A stretch of DNA of 64,000 nt from positions 2,855 through 66,854 of the forward strand of contig JABHWZ010000009.1 in NCBI GenBank assembly GCA_018657525.1, in the 5' to 3' direction. The notes beneath the pieces were generated by a model. The model saw only the letters and a program-made list of their open reading frames with translations, was not told where the DNA came from and made no database searches. The position numbers and the translations under genes are program-made. Of this stretch, positions 1-9,141 are shown one piece after another (the first letter of the stretch is position 1; each line of letters begins with the position of its first letter). Origin of the DNA: an archaeon. GTDB lineage: Archaea > Nanobdellota > Nanobdellia > Pacearchaeales > GW2011-AR1.

Positions 1-19
1 TGCGTATGATAATTTTCTT

Positions 20-208
20 TTAGTCTTTTAATCCCAATCTTTCAATAAATTTCTCTTTATCAAATGAAATAAACCTAAGCGGTTTCCTTTCACAATCCTT
101 CCCTTCCTTTGCGGTTAGGTGGTTTCTTTTAATTGCGTTTACAGATACCACGTTTGATAAAGAATTATTTTATAGTCCTAATCTTTCAATAAATTTCTCT
201 TTATCAAA
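20..208 (-). repeat. Duplicated ftsY 3' end flanking a structured insert
   Basis: 29-bp exact direct repeat AATCTTTCAATAAATTTCTCTTTATCAAA at 36-64 and 180-208; 11-bp inverted copy at 153-163. Confidence 0.85.
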
Positions 209-1411
209 GGGTTCAATTTTGTCATATTCTTGTCCGGTTCCTAAATATAGAATTGGTCTTTTTGTTACGTGCCCTACACTTAATGCTGTTCCGCCTTTGT
301 CGTCGATATCTGCTTTGCTTAGAATTATTCCATCGATTCCAATTGAGAAATTAAATGAACGAATTTGTTCAATAGCGTCGTTTCCGGTTGTTGATTCTCC
401 GACATAGATTTTTAAATCTGGATTGCAAACTCGTGCTATTTTTTCTATTTGTGCCATTAGATTTTTTGAAGTGTGCATTCGCCCGGCAGTATCAATTAAT
501 ACACAATCTAATTTATTTTTTTCAGCGTATTTTATTGCATCAAAGCCAACTGATGCAGGATCAGATTCATATCCATGAGCAATTACTGGCACTCCTATTT
601 TCTCTCCGTGTTTTTTTATTTGTTCAATTGAGGCCGCTCTAAAAGTATCTGCTGCAGCTAAAACACATGAAATGTTTTGCTTTTTCATAGCGTCGGCAAT
701 TTTTGCTATTGAAGTTGTTTTTCCGGTTCCATTTATTCCGCAAAATAAAATGACAAAAGGTTTGGATTTATCTTCCCTTGATTTTATCTTCCCATAAATA
801 TCAAATGGTTCAATTAGGATTTCATAAATTATATCTTTAAAGGATTCCATTATCTGTCCCTCAATTTCTTTTTTTAGTAATTCTTTACCGACGACTTTTT
901 CTTTTAGTTCTGCAATTATTTTTTCTGCAACTTCAAAAGCTACATTGTTTTCTAAAAGCAACATTTCTAGTTCTTCTGCATAAATGTCAAATTGTTCTTC
1001 TGAAATTTTTACTTTTGTTATTTTTGATTTTACTTTTGAAAAAAATGATTCTTTTGTTTCTTTTTCGGTTGTTTGAGGATTTTCTTTAATTATTGTTTTG
1101 GGTTTTTCTTGAATTTTTTTTGCTGGCTTTTCTTGGATTATTTCTTTTTCAAGTTCTTTAAGTTTTTCTAAATCTGGTCTGAAGCTTTTATCAAAAACTT
1201 GAAATTTCATTGGCATTGAAATTTCTTTTTTGGATTTTTTATCTTTATTGATTTCTTTTTTTGAAGTTTTTGATATTTTTTTTGTCTCTTTTTTAATATC
1301 TTTAACAATTTTGGCTTCAGCTTTGTCTATAACTTTCTTTGTTTTTTCTTCTACGTCGCTGGTGAACTTTTTTGTCCAAGCTTTTAATTTATCTTTTAGT
1401 TTTCCAAACAT
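170..1411 (-). CDS. ftsY: Signal recognition particle receptor FtsY
   Basis: NG domain motifs GINGTGKTT, DTFRAA, DTAGR, SKAD, GTGQ; Lys-rich N-terminal region. Confidence 0.97.
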   Translation of the reverse strand: MFGKLKDKLKAWTKKFTSDVEEKTKKVIDKAEAKIVKDIKKETKKISKTSKKEINKDKKSKKEISMPMKFQVFDKSFRPDLEKLKELEKEIIQEKPAKKIQEKPKTIIKENPQTTEKETKESFFSKVKSKITKVKISEEQFDIYAEELEMLLLENNVAFEVAEKIIAELKEKVVGKELLKKEIEGQIMESFKDIIYEILIEPFDIYGKIKSREDKSKPFVILFCGINGTGKTTSIAKIADAMKKQNISCVLAAADTFRAASIEQIKKHGEKIGVPVIAHGYESDPASVGFDAIKYAEKNKLDCVLIDTAGRMHTSKNLMAQIEKIARVCNPDLKIYVGESTTGNDAIEQIRSFNFSIGIDGIILSKADIDDKGGTALSVGHVTKRPILYLGTGQEYDKIEPFDKEKFIERLGL

Positions 1412-1484
1412 GTTTTTATTAGAGGTTGTTCATATAAAAAGGTTTTTAAAGAAGTTTTGTTTTAATAATTTAAAGAGAGGGGTT

Positions 1485-2927
1485 ATGGAAAAAAAGAGTG
1501 CGTTTATTTTGGGTATATTGTTTTCTATATCATTAGTTATTGCTGCGCAAGTTATTACAACTTCTGGGGGTGCAACATCTTATTCAGTTCTTGAAGATTT
1601 GACTTTTAATTTTAATATGACTGTGAATAATACTGATGTAGATGTTAACATTACTCAGGTTAATATGACTATCCCAAGTTCATTTAGTTTTTTAGTAAAT
1701 TCAAATGGCACAAATGCAGCGACTCATACTTTTTCCAATACTACTACTATTTTGACTTGGACGCATGATGGGTTGGTTCAAAATGTAACTTCTAATTATC
1801 TTTGGTTTAATGCAACTCCTGCAACTCCTGGACTTTATAATATCACTGTAACCAGTTTAAATACTACTGGAACTTCAGCAACAAATATTGCAGTTACAGT
1901 GAATGATACAAATAGTCCTTCTGAAATTAATTTTACTTCTCCAATAACTTATGGAAATTATTCTGGAACATTGATTTTGAATATTACTCTTATTGATGAT
2001 GGAACAATGGATTTGGTGTTTTTTAATGTAACAAATAGTACAGGGGGACAGAATGCAACTTATACTGCTTCAAATCCTTCTGGGAATTATTGGAATGCTT
2101 CATTACTTACTACTGATTTTGTCGACGGAACTTATAATATAACTGTTTGGTCAAATGATTCAGCCGGGAATGCTAATAACACAGTGGTTGCATCTAATTT
2201 GACTTTTGATAATACCAATCCTACTGTTACTTTTAGCTGTAGTCCTACAAGTGTGAGAAGAGGAACAGCAACTACTTGTACTTGTACTCCTGCAGATGGA
2301 GGTTCAGGAGTTAATGCAGCTTTAACTTCTCTTACTGCGAGCCCTTCAACTACAAGTGTTGGGGCGTTTACTACTACATGTACTTATGCTGATTTGGCAG
2401 GGAATACTGGGAGCACAACTGCATCATATACTGTTACAAGCGAGGGAGGTATTTCATCTGGTAGCGGAACCCCTTCTTTTTACCAAAATACTTATGTTCA
2501 TAATGAACAAGAGTTGGATGAATTTCAAAAGCAATTGAAAGTAAAAGAAAGAGTTAAATTAAAAATTAATTCGCAAACGCATTATGTGGGTATTAAAGAA
2601 TTGACTGATGAGAGTGTTACTTTGGAAATTCAAAGTGATCCAATTGAAGTTACTTTAAAAATTGGGGAAGAGAAAAGAGTGGATGTTGATGCTGATGATA
2701 TTTTAGATTTGATTGTAAAGTTAAATGGTATTACAAATAATCAGGCAGATTTAATTGTTATAGCCATAGAAGAAGGGGTGGGGGGGGAACCTGTAGGTGA
2801 GATTGTTGATGGAGTTGAAGTAACTGAAAGTGAGGAAAAAGGATCTTCAGCGGGGGTTATTATCTTAGTTATTTTAGTTGTTGTTTTGATTTTAATTGGC
2901 TTAAAATTAAAATCAGGTAAAAAATAA
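1485..2927 (+). CDS. Secreted Thr/Asn/Ser-rich surface (S-layer-like) glycoprotein with Ig-like segments and C-terminal membrane anchor
   Basis: Signal peptide from MEKKSAF (start 1485), many N-x-S/T sequons, DLAGN/DSAGN motifs, C-terminal TM followed by Lys tail. Confidence 0.75.
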   Translation: MEKKSAFILGILFSISLVIAAQVITTSGGATSYSVLEDLTFNFNMTVNNTDVDVNITQVNMTIPSSFSFLVNSNGTNAATHTFSNTTTILTWTHDGLVQNVTSNYLWFNATPATPGLYNITVTSLNTTGTSATNIAVTVNDTNSPSEINFTSPITYGNYSGTLILNITLIDDGTMDLVFFNVTNSTGGQNATYTASNPSGNYWNASLLTTDFVDGTYNITVWSNDSAGNANNTVVASNLTFDNTNPTVTFSCSPTSVRRGTATTCTCTPADGGSGVNAALTSLTASPSTTSVGAFTTTCTYADLAGNTGSTTASYTVTSEGGISSGSGTPSFYQNTYVHNEQELDEFQKQLKVKERVKLKINSQTHYVGIKELTDESVTLEIQSDPIEVTLKIGEEKRVDVDADDILDLIVKLNGITNNQADLIVIAIEEGVGGEPVGEIVDGVEVTESEEKGSSAGVIILVILVVVLILIGLKLKSGKK

Positions 2928-2984
2928 TTTTAAGTTATTTAAATTAACATAAATTTTTATAAAGATGAATTTCGTATTATTTGT

Positions 2985-3050
2985 ATGTTGAAAGTAAAAT
3001 TAAAAATTTTTTATTCATTCGCTAACTCTTCGAAGGGGGTTATCAAATGA
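2985..3050 (+). CDS. Putative 21-aa uORF 1 upstream of apgM
   Basis: TATA-like TTTATAAA about 22 nt upstream; stop overlaps next ATG (ATGA). Confidence 0.3.
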   Translation: MLKVKLKIFYSFANSSKGVIK

Positions 3051-3106
3051 AAGCAAATAAGAAATTTTCATTCATCCAAAAAGTTAGCGGAGGTTATTTT
3101 AAATGA
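3047..3106 (+). CDS. Putative 19-aa uORF 2 coupled to apgM
   Basis: GGGGT SD-like sequence before ATG; ATGA overlap with the apgM start. Confidence 0.3.
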   Translation: MKANKKFSFIQKVSGGYFK

Positions 3107-4347
3107 AAGGAATATTAGTTATTTTGGATGGATTGGGAGATTTGCCTAATAATCAGTTGGGGGGTAAGACTCCGTTAGAGGCGGCTAAGACTCCCAATAT
3201 GGATTTTTTGGCTACTCGTGGAGAGTTGGGGTTTATGTATCCTGTTAAACCTGGATTTGTGCCGGAATCAGATGAAGCAATTGTTTCTATATTTAATAAT
3301 AATTTAATTTCAAGTACTCGGGGACAGTTGGAAGCGAAAGGGACTGGACTAAATCTTACTCGAGGGGATTTGGCTTTGAGAGTTAATTTCGCTACGATTG
3401 ATTCTTTGGAAAAAGGAAATATTTTGGATAGAAGAGCTGGGAGAAATTTAACAACTGAAGAAGCAGAGATTCTTTGTAAAGCATTGAATAAGATTTCTTT
3501 ACCAGTAAAGTTTGAAATTGTGCCTAGTGTGCAGCATAGAGCAGTGTTAGTTTTTCGAGGAGGATTTTCAGATAATCTTGTGGGTAACGATTTAACTTAT
3601 GTTAATGGTAAAACAAAGGGGTTTAATAAAATTCATTCTTGTGAGGTTTTAGACGAGGAGGACAATTCTCAGTATACTGTAAATATATTAAATGAATTTT
3701 TAGATAAAGCGTACGATATTTTGAAAGACCATCCAGTTAATTTGGAGAGGAAGAAGAAAGGGTTTTTGCCCTCCAACTATCTTTTAGTAAGGGGCGCAGG
3801 AATTGAAATCCCTAAATTAAAACAATACAAAAAGTGGGCATCTGTTGCTTATATGCCTCTAGAAATTGGATTTTCCAAATTATCTGGAATGAATGCTTAC
3901 GAGTTTGATTATCCCAAACTAAAAAGTTTTGATGCTTACGAAAATTTATATAACGCTTTAAAAAAAGCTTGTAAATTTTCTGTTAAGATAATTAAGAAAA
4001 TTATGAAAACTTCAGAGTATCTTTATATTCATATAAAAGAAACAGATTTGCCTGGACATGATAATAAGCCTTTAGAGAAAAAGGAGATGTTGGAATATAT
4101 TGATAAAACCTTGTTTAAGTATATACGGAAAGTGGCGCCTCCAAATGAGATTAAGGTTGTTGTGACAGGGGATCATTCAACTCCGTGTAAGCTTAAGGAT
4201 CATTCTTCTGATCCTGTTCCGGTTTTATTTTATAATAATAAAGAGGTGCCAGAAGAAAAACACTTTAATGAAAAAGAGTGTAGAAAAGGGAGAGTGGGAA
4301 GAATTCTTGGTAAGGATTTGTTGAAAAGAGTTGGTTTTTCCAAATGA
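3103..4347 (+). CDS. apgM: 2,3-bisphosphoglycerate-independent phosphoglycerate mutase (archaeal type)
   Basis: LDGLGD, TPLEAAKTPNMD, PESD, DRRAGR, DLPGHD, TGDHSTP, HSSDPVP motifs. Confidence 0.93.
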   Translation: MKGILVILDGLGDLPNNQLGGKTPLEAAKTPNMDFLATRGELGFMYPVKPGFVPESDEAIVSIFNNNLISSTRGQLEAKGTGLNLTRGDLALRVNFATIDSLEKGNILDRRAGRNLTTEEAEILCKALNKISLPVKFEIVPSVQHRAVLVFRGGFSDNLVGNDLTYVNGKTKGFNKIHSCEVLDEEDNSQYTVNILNEFLDKAYDILKDHPVNLERKKKGFLPSNYLLVRGAGIEIPKLKQYKKWASVAYMPLEIGFSKLSGMNAYEFDYPKLKSFDAYENLYNALKKACKFSVKIIKKIMKTSEYLYIHIKETDLPGHDNKPLEKKEMLEYIDKTLFKYIRKVAPPNEIKVVVTGDHSTPCKLKDHSSDPVPVLFYNNKEVPEEKHFNEKECRKGRVGRILGKDLLKRVGFSK

Positions 4348-4661
4348 GCAAGATGGGGGAAGTAGATTATGCTACAAAGTGTGGAGAATGTGAGGATGTT
4401 ATTTATTTGGCTAATAATGAAAATTTTGGGTTGTGTGATAAATTAGGGGATTGTTGTGGTCCTGTTTATCGAGTTAAACTTGCCTACCAAAAATGTATTT
4501 ATGCTGCTCCTGGCATAAGGATTAATGAGAGAGAAATTTCCAATAGAATTCAAGAGGCAAAAGATAAACAAGTTGAATTTGAAAAATCTCTTCAGAGGGC
4601 TAGAGAGATAATTGCAGGATGGCCTGAGTGGAAAAGAAATTTTTTTTTAGGTACGGTTTGA
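4344..4661 (+). CDS. Hypothetical Cys-rich protein
   Basis: ATGA overlap with apgM; CxxC, CD, CC residues. Confidence 0.6.
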   Translation: MSKMGEVDYATKCGECEDVIYLANNENFGLCDKLGDCCGPVYRVKLAYQKCIYAAPGIRINEREISNRIQEAKDKQVEFEKSLQRAREIIAGWPEWKRNFFLGTV

Positions 4662-4774
4662 AGATTTTCGGATCCAGAGTATGTAAGAGCAAAAGCTCGT
4701 CTCCAAATTAAGTAAGTAAATTCTCTATTTTATATCATCGCAATCAATATAAACTGGAAGTGCCTTTTGTTTAT

Positions 4775-5332
4775 ATGATAACTTACAATGATATTTACGA
4801 GGCTGCGCGAAATGAAAGATATTCAGAAAGTCTCCAACCGATTTTAAAAAGTTTTATTAGCGATGTTGCTGTTTATTTGAAGGATAAAAAAGAAGTTGCT
4901 TCAAAGGAAGATGATATTTTTGTTGATGTGATTGTTAAGAATAAAAAGCAACTTGAAAATGCAATAACTTTATTTAAGGAGTTAATGTTAAGAAGAAAAA
5001 AGAAACTTCTTGAGTTGGTTTTGGTTGCGTCTGAAACAGGGATTTCTAAACAGGATTTTCAAAATATGTTACATTTTGAAAAAGAATTATTTGAATCTTT
5101 AATGAAAAAGGTTGACGATTCAGATAAAAAATTGAATCAACTTTTAAATGGAGCAGAAGAAGGAAATGAAAAGAAAAATGGCTTAGTTTCATTTTTAGAG
5201 GATGTGGAAGAGTTTGTTGATTTAACTGGAACTTCAATTGGGCCTTTTGAAAAAGGACAGATGGCAAATCTGCCTTCAGAGATTTCTAGCATCTTAGTTG
5301 CTGATGGAAGATGCGAATTAATTGAGGGATAA
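4775..5332 (+). CDS. GINS complex subunit (Gins15-like)
   Basis: MITYNDIYEAARNER N-terminal helices, RRKKKLL, C-terminal B-domain VEEFVDLTGTSIGPFEKGQMANLP. Confidence 0.8.
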   Translation: MITYNDIYEAARNERYSESLQPILKSFISDVAVYLKDKKEVASKEDDIFVDVIVKNKKQLENAITLFKELMLRRKKKLLELVLVASETGISKQDFQNMLHFEKELFESLMKKVDDSDKKLNQLLNGAEEGNEKKNGLVSFLEDVEEFVDLTGTSIGPFEKGQMANLPSEISSILVADGRCELIEG

Positions 5333-5412
5333 TTTTAAAGGTTTATACAAAACGAAACATTTAAATAGTATTATGAATAGGTATTCATAAGTAAATATGG
5401 AGAAAATTAAAA

Positions 5413-5532
5413 ATGCCAAATAAAGATAGAACAGGTCCGGAAGGTAAAGGTCCTAGAACTGGAAGAGGGTTAGGAACTTGCAAACCTGAGGATGAAACAG
5501 AGAAAGAGAAAGAAGAGAAGGACGAAGAATAA
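5413..5532 (+). CDS. Short DUF5320-like peptide with acidic tail (39 aa, absent from ORF track)
   Basis: Translates to MPNKDRTGPEGKGPRTGRGLGTCKPEDETEKEKEEKDEE. Confidence 0.7.
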   Translation: MPNKDRTGPEGKGPRTGRGLGTCKPEDETEKEKEEKDEE

Positions 5533-5533
5533 G

Positions 5534-5911
5534 ATGCCTAACAGAGATGGAACTGGCCCTTTGGGAAAAGGGCCCCTGTCTGGGAGGAGAGGAATGCGTT
5601 TTTGTGGAGCAGTAGTTGGACGTCCAAGAATATGTAGAAGAATTCGAGGAAGGCCAGATGTTACTTATTTTAAGCCCGCAGGGATTCGAATGATTGATTT
5701 AAAGGAAGTTGTTTTAGCAATGGATGAATTTGAAGCTATTAGACTTGTCGATTTTGAAGGAATTGAACAATCTGTGGCTGGAGAAAAAATGAAAATTAGT
5801 CAGCCAACTCTTTCAAGATTATTGAAATCTGCTAGAAATAAACTTGCTGGAGCCATCACTAATGGAAACGCAATTAAAATTGAAGGTGGAAATTTTAAAT
5901 TCAGTAATTAA
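5534..5911 (+). CDS. DUF5320 motif fused to DUF134 HTH protein
   Basis: MPNRDGTGPLGKGP..GRRGMRFC followed by RPRICRRI..FKPAG..DEFEAIRLVD..MKISQPTLSR..IEGG. Confidence 0.85.
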   Translation: MPNRDGTGPLGKGPLSGRRGMRFCGAVVGRPRICRRIRGRPDVTYFKPAGIRMIDLKEVVLAMDEFEAIRLVDFEGIEQSVAGEKMKISQPTLSRLLKSARNKLAGAITNGNAIKIEGGNFKFSN

Positions 5912-5932
5912 ATCAAAAATGGAGGTATAAAA

Positions 5933-6160
5933 ATGCCAAGATATGATAGAACTGGACCTCGAGGAGAGGGACCAATGACTGGAAGAAAGTATGGTCCTTG
6001 TAATTCTCAAGAAGATGCTCGAGAACAAACAACTTCTGAAGATGTTCCTGTAAATGATCAAGAAAAGGGTCTAGGACGCGGTTATGGCCCTTGTGGGAGA
6101 GGGTTAGCAAATAGATTCGGTCAAGGACGTGGAAGAGGATTTGGTCGAGGACGTAGATAG
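5933..6160 (+). CDS. DUF5320 family Gly/Arg-rich protein
   Basis: MPRYDRTGPRGEGPMTGRKYGPC and GRGRGFGRGRR; GGAGGT SD. Confidence 0.85.
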   Translation: MPRYDRTGPRGEGPMTGRKYGPCNSQEDAREQTTSEDVPVNDQEKGLGRGYGPCGRGLANRFGQGRGRGFGRGRR

Positions 6161-6194
6161 TTAAATTTATTAACTTATTTTTTTTATTATTTTT

Positions 6195-6374
6195 ATGAAT
6201 TTGATAAGTAGAACAATAACTGGGATATTAATTTTAATATTTAGTATTTATTTGCTTTGGCTTGCTTTCAAAGTTGTTTGGGTTTTAATTTATGCAATTC
6301 CACTTTTTATTATTGCTTGGTTTGTACTTTTTAATCAGAATGAAGATAAAATTGAAAGGAGGAAAGATAGATAA
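6195..6374 (+). CDS. Small two-TM membrane protein (59 aa, absent from ORF track)
   Basis: MNLISRTITGILILIFSIYLLWLAFKVVWVLIYAIPLFIIAWFVLFNQNEDKIERRKDR; TAATG overlap with next gene. Confidence 0.7.
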   Translation: MNLISRTITGILILIFSIYLLWLAFKVVWVLIYAIPLFIIAWFVLFNQNEDKIERRKDR

Positions 6375-6697
6375 TGAGCGAGATAATAATTACAACAGGT
6401 GAAGCAGTTCCGGGTAAGAGTGTGGCAGAAATTTTAGGAGTAGTCAAGGGAAATACTGTTCGGGCTAGAAATTTGGGGCGAGATATTGGAGCAGGTTTAA
6501 AGAATCTTATTGGGGGGGAAATTAAGACTTATTCTGAAATGACTTCTCAATCAAGAGAGGAAGCATTTAATCGTATGGTGAATGAAGCAGTTAAACTTAA
6601 AGCAGATGCAATAATTGGAATGAAATTTATGACTTCAATGGTGATGGCAGGGGCTTCTGAAATGTTGGCATACGGAACAGCTGTGAAGTTGAAATAA
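6374..6697 (+). CDS. YbjQ/UPF0145 family protein
   Basis: GVVKGNTVRARNLGRDIGAGLKNLIGGE..ADAIIG..YGTAVKL. Confidence 0.92.
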   Translation: MSEIIITTGEAVPGKSVAEILGVVKGNTVRARNLGRDIGAGLKNLIGGEIKTYSEMTSQSREEAFNRMVNEAVKLKADAIIGMKFMTSMVMAGASEMLAYGTAVKLK

Positions 6698-6741
6698 GAT
6701 TTGATTTGGAGAAGGTAATTGAGAGTGGGAAATTTGTAATA

Positions 6742-7125
6742 AGGGATTCAGTCGCTTCGCTCTCTACTCCGTAGAACATCAATTTCTGTAGAAATTGACA
6801 TAAACCCCCTACAACTTCTGTAGAAGTAAAAGTTGCTTGGCCAATAGGCATACCCCAAATTGCGGAATATTGGGGCAAATTTACGTGACTTAGAATCCTG
6901 AAGAATTAATATATATTATCTTGCTTCGATAATTGACACTGCTCAGTGTACCTCTTTTTGCGGAGTGCTTGGGCAAAGCCTGCAGAGGGATTCCTTTATC
7001 TCCTAATCACGATTTGCACTTTTAAAAATACCTTCGGTAATTTATTAAATCGTAATTACTCGACCCCCAATTGAAAGTTGCTTTGAGTTTACGTGACTTG
7101 GAATCCTGCCAGGATTAATAATATT
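6742..7125. repeat. Composite repeat mosaic downstream of tRNA-Thr
   Basis: Partial tRNA 3'-end copies at 6742-6750 and 6976-6993; modules shared with 25213-25327, 7276-7311, 35598-35638 and 58081-58121; local direct repeat TTTACGTGACTT(A/G)GAATCCTG at about 6880 and 7088. Confidence 0.85.
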
Positions 7126-7149
7126 TAACAAAGTTAAATATTATAGATA

Positions 7150-7221
7150 AGCCTGCGGAGGGATTCAAACCCCCGACCTATTCCTTACAAGGGAATTGCT
7201 CTATCACTGAGCTACGCAGGC
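7150..7221 (-). tRNA. tRNA-Thr(TGT)
   Basis: GCCTGCG/CGCAGGC acceptor stem; ATTCC-CTTGTAA-GGAAT anticodon arm; T-loop TTTGAAT. Confidence 0.93.
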
Positions 7222-7303
7222 ATATATAATTATTTTAGAAACAGGTATTTAAAGATTTATTCTTTGGTGTCTTACGCCCAGTATTTCGCAATTTGGGTGA
7301 TGC

Positions 7304-7966
7304 CTATTGGCGACCTGCTTCTTCCTTAATTTCTTGAGCAGGTTTTTCTTTTTGAGTTTTTGTTACTTCTTTTTTAACAGGTTTTTTTTCCTTAACCTTT
7401 GTAGGTTCTATTTCTTTTGTCGGTGCATTTTCCAATTCTTTTTCTACTTTTATCCTTCTAATTTCACAAGACGAAAGAGGATATATTTTTTTAAGAACCA
7501 AACTTAATTTTTTTTGCAAGTTGTTTTTTAATATTTCTTCAAATACTTCATTTGCTGTTTTTGTTTTAATTTCATTAATTAATTCTTCTTTAGCTTTATT
7601 TCTCAATGCTTTTCTTACTGCTCTTGATACTTTTCTTCTTGTTACTAAAAATGGTTTTATTTTAATCTGAAAGTCTTTCGATTCTGTTGAAAATGAATCT
7701 TCAACATAATTTGTTCCTTTTCTTACTAATCTTTTCATGAAGTAAGGAAGGATTGTTAGTTTTTTTGGAACTGCAGTTGCAGTGTTATCTTGTACTTCTA
7801 TTTTCGCTTGGAGGATTATACTTTTTCCCCTTTGAAGTCTTGTTAAATCATACTTGATATGCTTACCTTTAAGTTCCTCTATTTCGAATGCCTGTAAATC
7901 AGTTTCTTTACTGATGATTGGTATTTCTACCTTAAAAAATTTCTTTTTACGTTTTGCTTGTGCCAT
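7304..7966 (-). CDS. rps3ae: 30S ribosomal protein S3Ae (eS1)
   Basis: YMKRLVRKG-like segment, VEDSF, KKIYPL..CEIRRI; Lys/Glu tail. Confidence 0.88.
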   Translation of the reverse strand: MAQAKRKKKFFKVEIPIISKETDLQAFEIEELKGKHIKYDLTRLQRGKSIILQAKIEVQDNTATAVPKKLTILPYFMKRLVRKGTNYVEDSFSTESKDFQIKIKPFLVTRRKVSRAVRKALRNKAKEELINEIKTKTANEVFEEILKNNLQKKLSLVLKKIYPLSSCEIRRIKVEKELENAPTKEIEPTKVKEKKPVKKEVTKTQKEKPAQEIKEEAGRQ

Positions 7967-7967
7967 T

Positions 7968-8261
7968 TTAAAGTGTTTCTCCAGTTAATTTAGTTCCCAA
8001 TAATTCTTCTAAAATTGATTCTCCTTCTTTAAAATGTTCTGGTGAACCATAAGCAATAACTGGAAAAGTGTCATTTCGTATTATTGCCATTAATCCCGGG
8101 GCAATATAGTGGGGTTGAGGGGAGTATTCTCCTATATGAAGATAAGGATGTTTAATTTTTCCTTCTTTTTCCATTCTTTCTCTTCTTTGATAAAATTCTT
8201 TATCCCAAATAGATTGTTTATCAAACTCTTCTGGTGCCGAGTATCTTCTTGTTTCTATCAT
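7968..8261 (-). CDS. Hypothetical protein
   Basis: ORF tightly packed between rpl44e and rps3ae. Confidence 0.6.
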   Translation of the reverse strand: MIETRRYSAPEEFDKQSIWDKEFYQRRERMEKEGKIKHPYLHIGEYSPQPHYIAPGLMAIIRNDTFPVIAYGSPEHFKEGESILEELLGTKLTGETL

Positions 8262-8262
8262 T

Positions 8263-8577
8263 TTATTCTTGTTGTTGTTTCCCGGCTCTTTGGCCTTTCT
8301 TTTGATATTTAGATTTTTTACATGCTGAACAAGTATACATTATGTTTGTTTTTTTAGTTGTTTTAGTTTTACGTTTGTGTTTTGCTTGGGCTGGTTTTGA
8401 ACCCCACTTCCCTAAGTTTCCGATTCCTCTAGCCAATCCTCTTAATCTTGCTCTAATTCTTCCTCCGCCCCGCGTCATTGTTCCTCTTGCGAAACCTGTT
8501 CCAACTAGTTTGATTTTTTGGTCTGTTCTTTTTCTACAATAAGGACAAAACCTTTTTGTTGTTTTTGGAATTTTCAT
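8263..8577 (-). CDS. rpl44e: 50S ribosomal protein L44e (eL42)
   Basis: MKIPK..RFCPYC..KTTKK..CSACKK zinc ribbon. Confidence 0.92.
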   Translation of the reverse strand: MKIPKTTKRFCPYCRKRTDQKIKLVGTGFARGTMTRGGGRIRARLRGLARGIGNLGKWGSKPAQAKHKRKTKTTKKTNIMYTCSACKKSKYQKKGQRAGKQQQE

Positions 8578-8635
8578 ATTAATTTATCTTAATCTGAGTT
8601 TAAAAAGGTTTTTATATTGGTGGTCCCGTAGTTAT

Positions 8636-8765
8636 TTGGGTTTCTTTTTTCAAAAAAAGAAAAGCTACAGTGTAAAAGAAAACTAAAATTGAAATCTTGA
8701 ATAAGATTTGTGAGTTAGAATCGTTTTCTCTTGCAATCCGAAGAACGATTCCTGTAGGGGATTTT
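8636..8765. repeat. Intergenic hairpin repeat, family E copy 1
   Basis: Aligns with 45339-45557 and 61570-61874 (TTTTTCAAAAAAAG..ACAGTG..AAATCTT-loop-AAGATTTGTGAGTTAGAAT). Confidence 0.85.
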
Positions 8766-8771
8766 AATAAA

Positions 8772-9047
8772 ATGGCAAGGATAAAATTTAGAAAAGGACA
8801 GCAGAGAAAGTTTTTACAAAAAGTTTTGAATAATGTTAATTCTCCTTCTTTAAGAGAGCTGGCTAACCGGATGGAAATTAATTATTCTAGTTTGAAAAAT
8901 TATTATTCTGAGTTAAGACTTTTACCAGATGATATATTCAAAAATTTATGTTTTTTAGGAAAGATTAGTTTTCAGGAATTAAATTTTGAAAGGGTTGAAG
9001 AAAGTTGGGGGCAGATTATGGGTGGAAAGAAATCAAAAAAGGGTTGA
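8772..9047 (+). CDS. Small HTH-like DNA-binding protein
   Basis: SLRELANRMEINYSSLKNY helix-turn-helix pattern; the upstream ORF-track extension runs through repeat DNA. Confidence 0.7.
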   Translation: MARIKFRKGQQRKFLQKVLNNVNSPSLRELANRMEINYSSLKNYYSELRLLPDDIFKNLCFLGKISFQELNFERVEESWGQIMGGKKSKKG

Positions 9048-9057
9048 TTGTTTTATT

Positions 9058-9094
9058 GTTAGTAAGTTAGTTAGATAGTAAGTAAGTTAGTAAG
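9058..9094 (+). repeat. Tetranucleotide GWWA array (9 units), possible operator
   Basis: GTTA GTAA GTTA GTTA GATA GTAA GTAA GTTA GTAA G directly upstream of TTTAAAAA. Confidence 0.6.
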
Positions 9095-9141
9095 AAACAT
9101 TTAAAAACAAACTTTTCTTAATGATTTTTAGGAAAAAGAGA

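Noticed and set aside
1230..1484. N-terminal extension of the surface protein in the ORF track
   Set aside because: Antisense overlap with ftsY; the signal peptide starts at 1485
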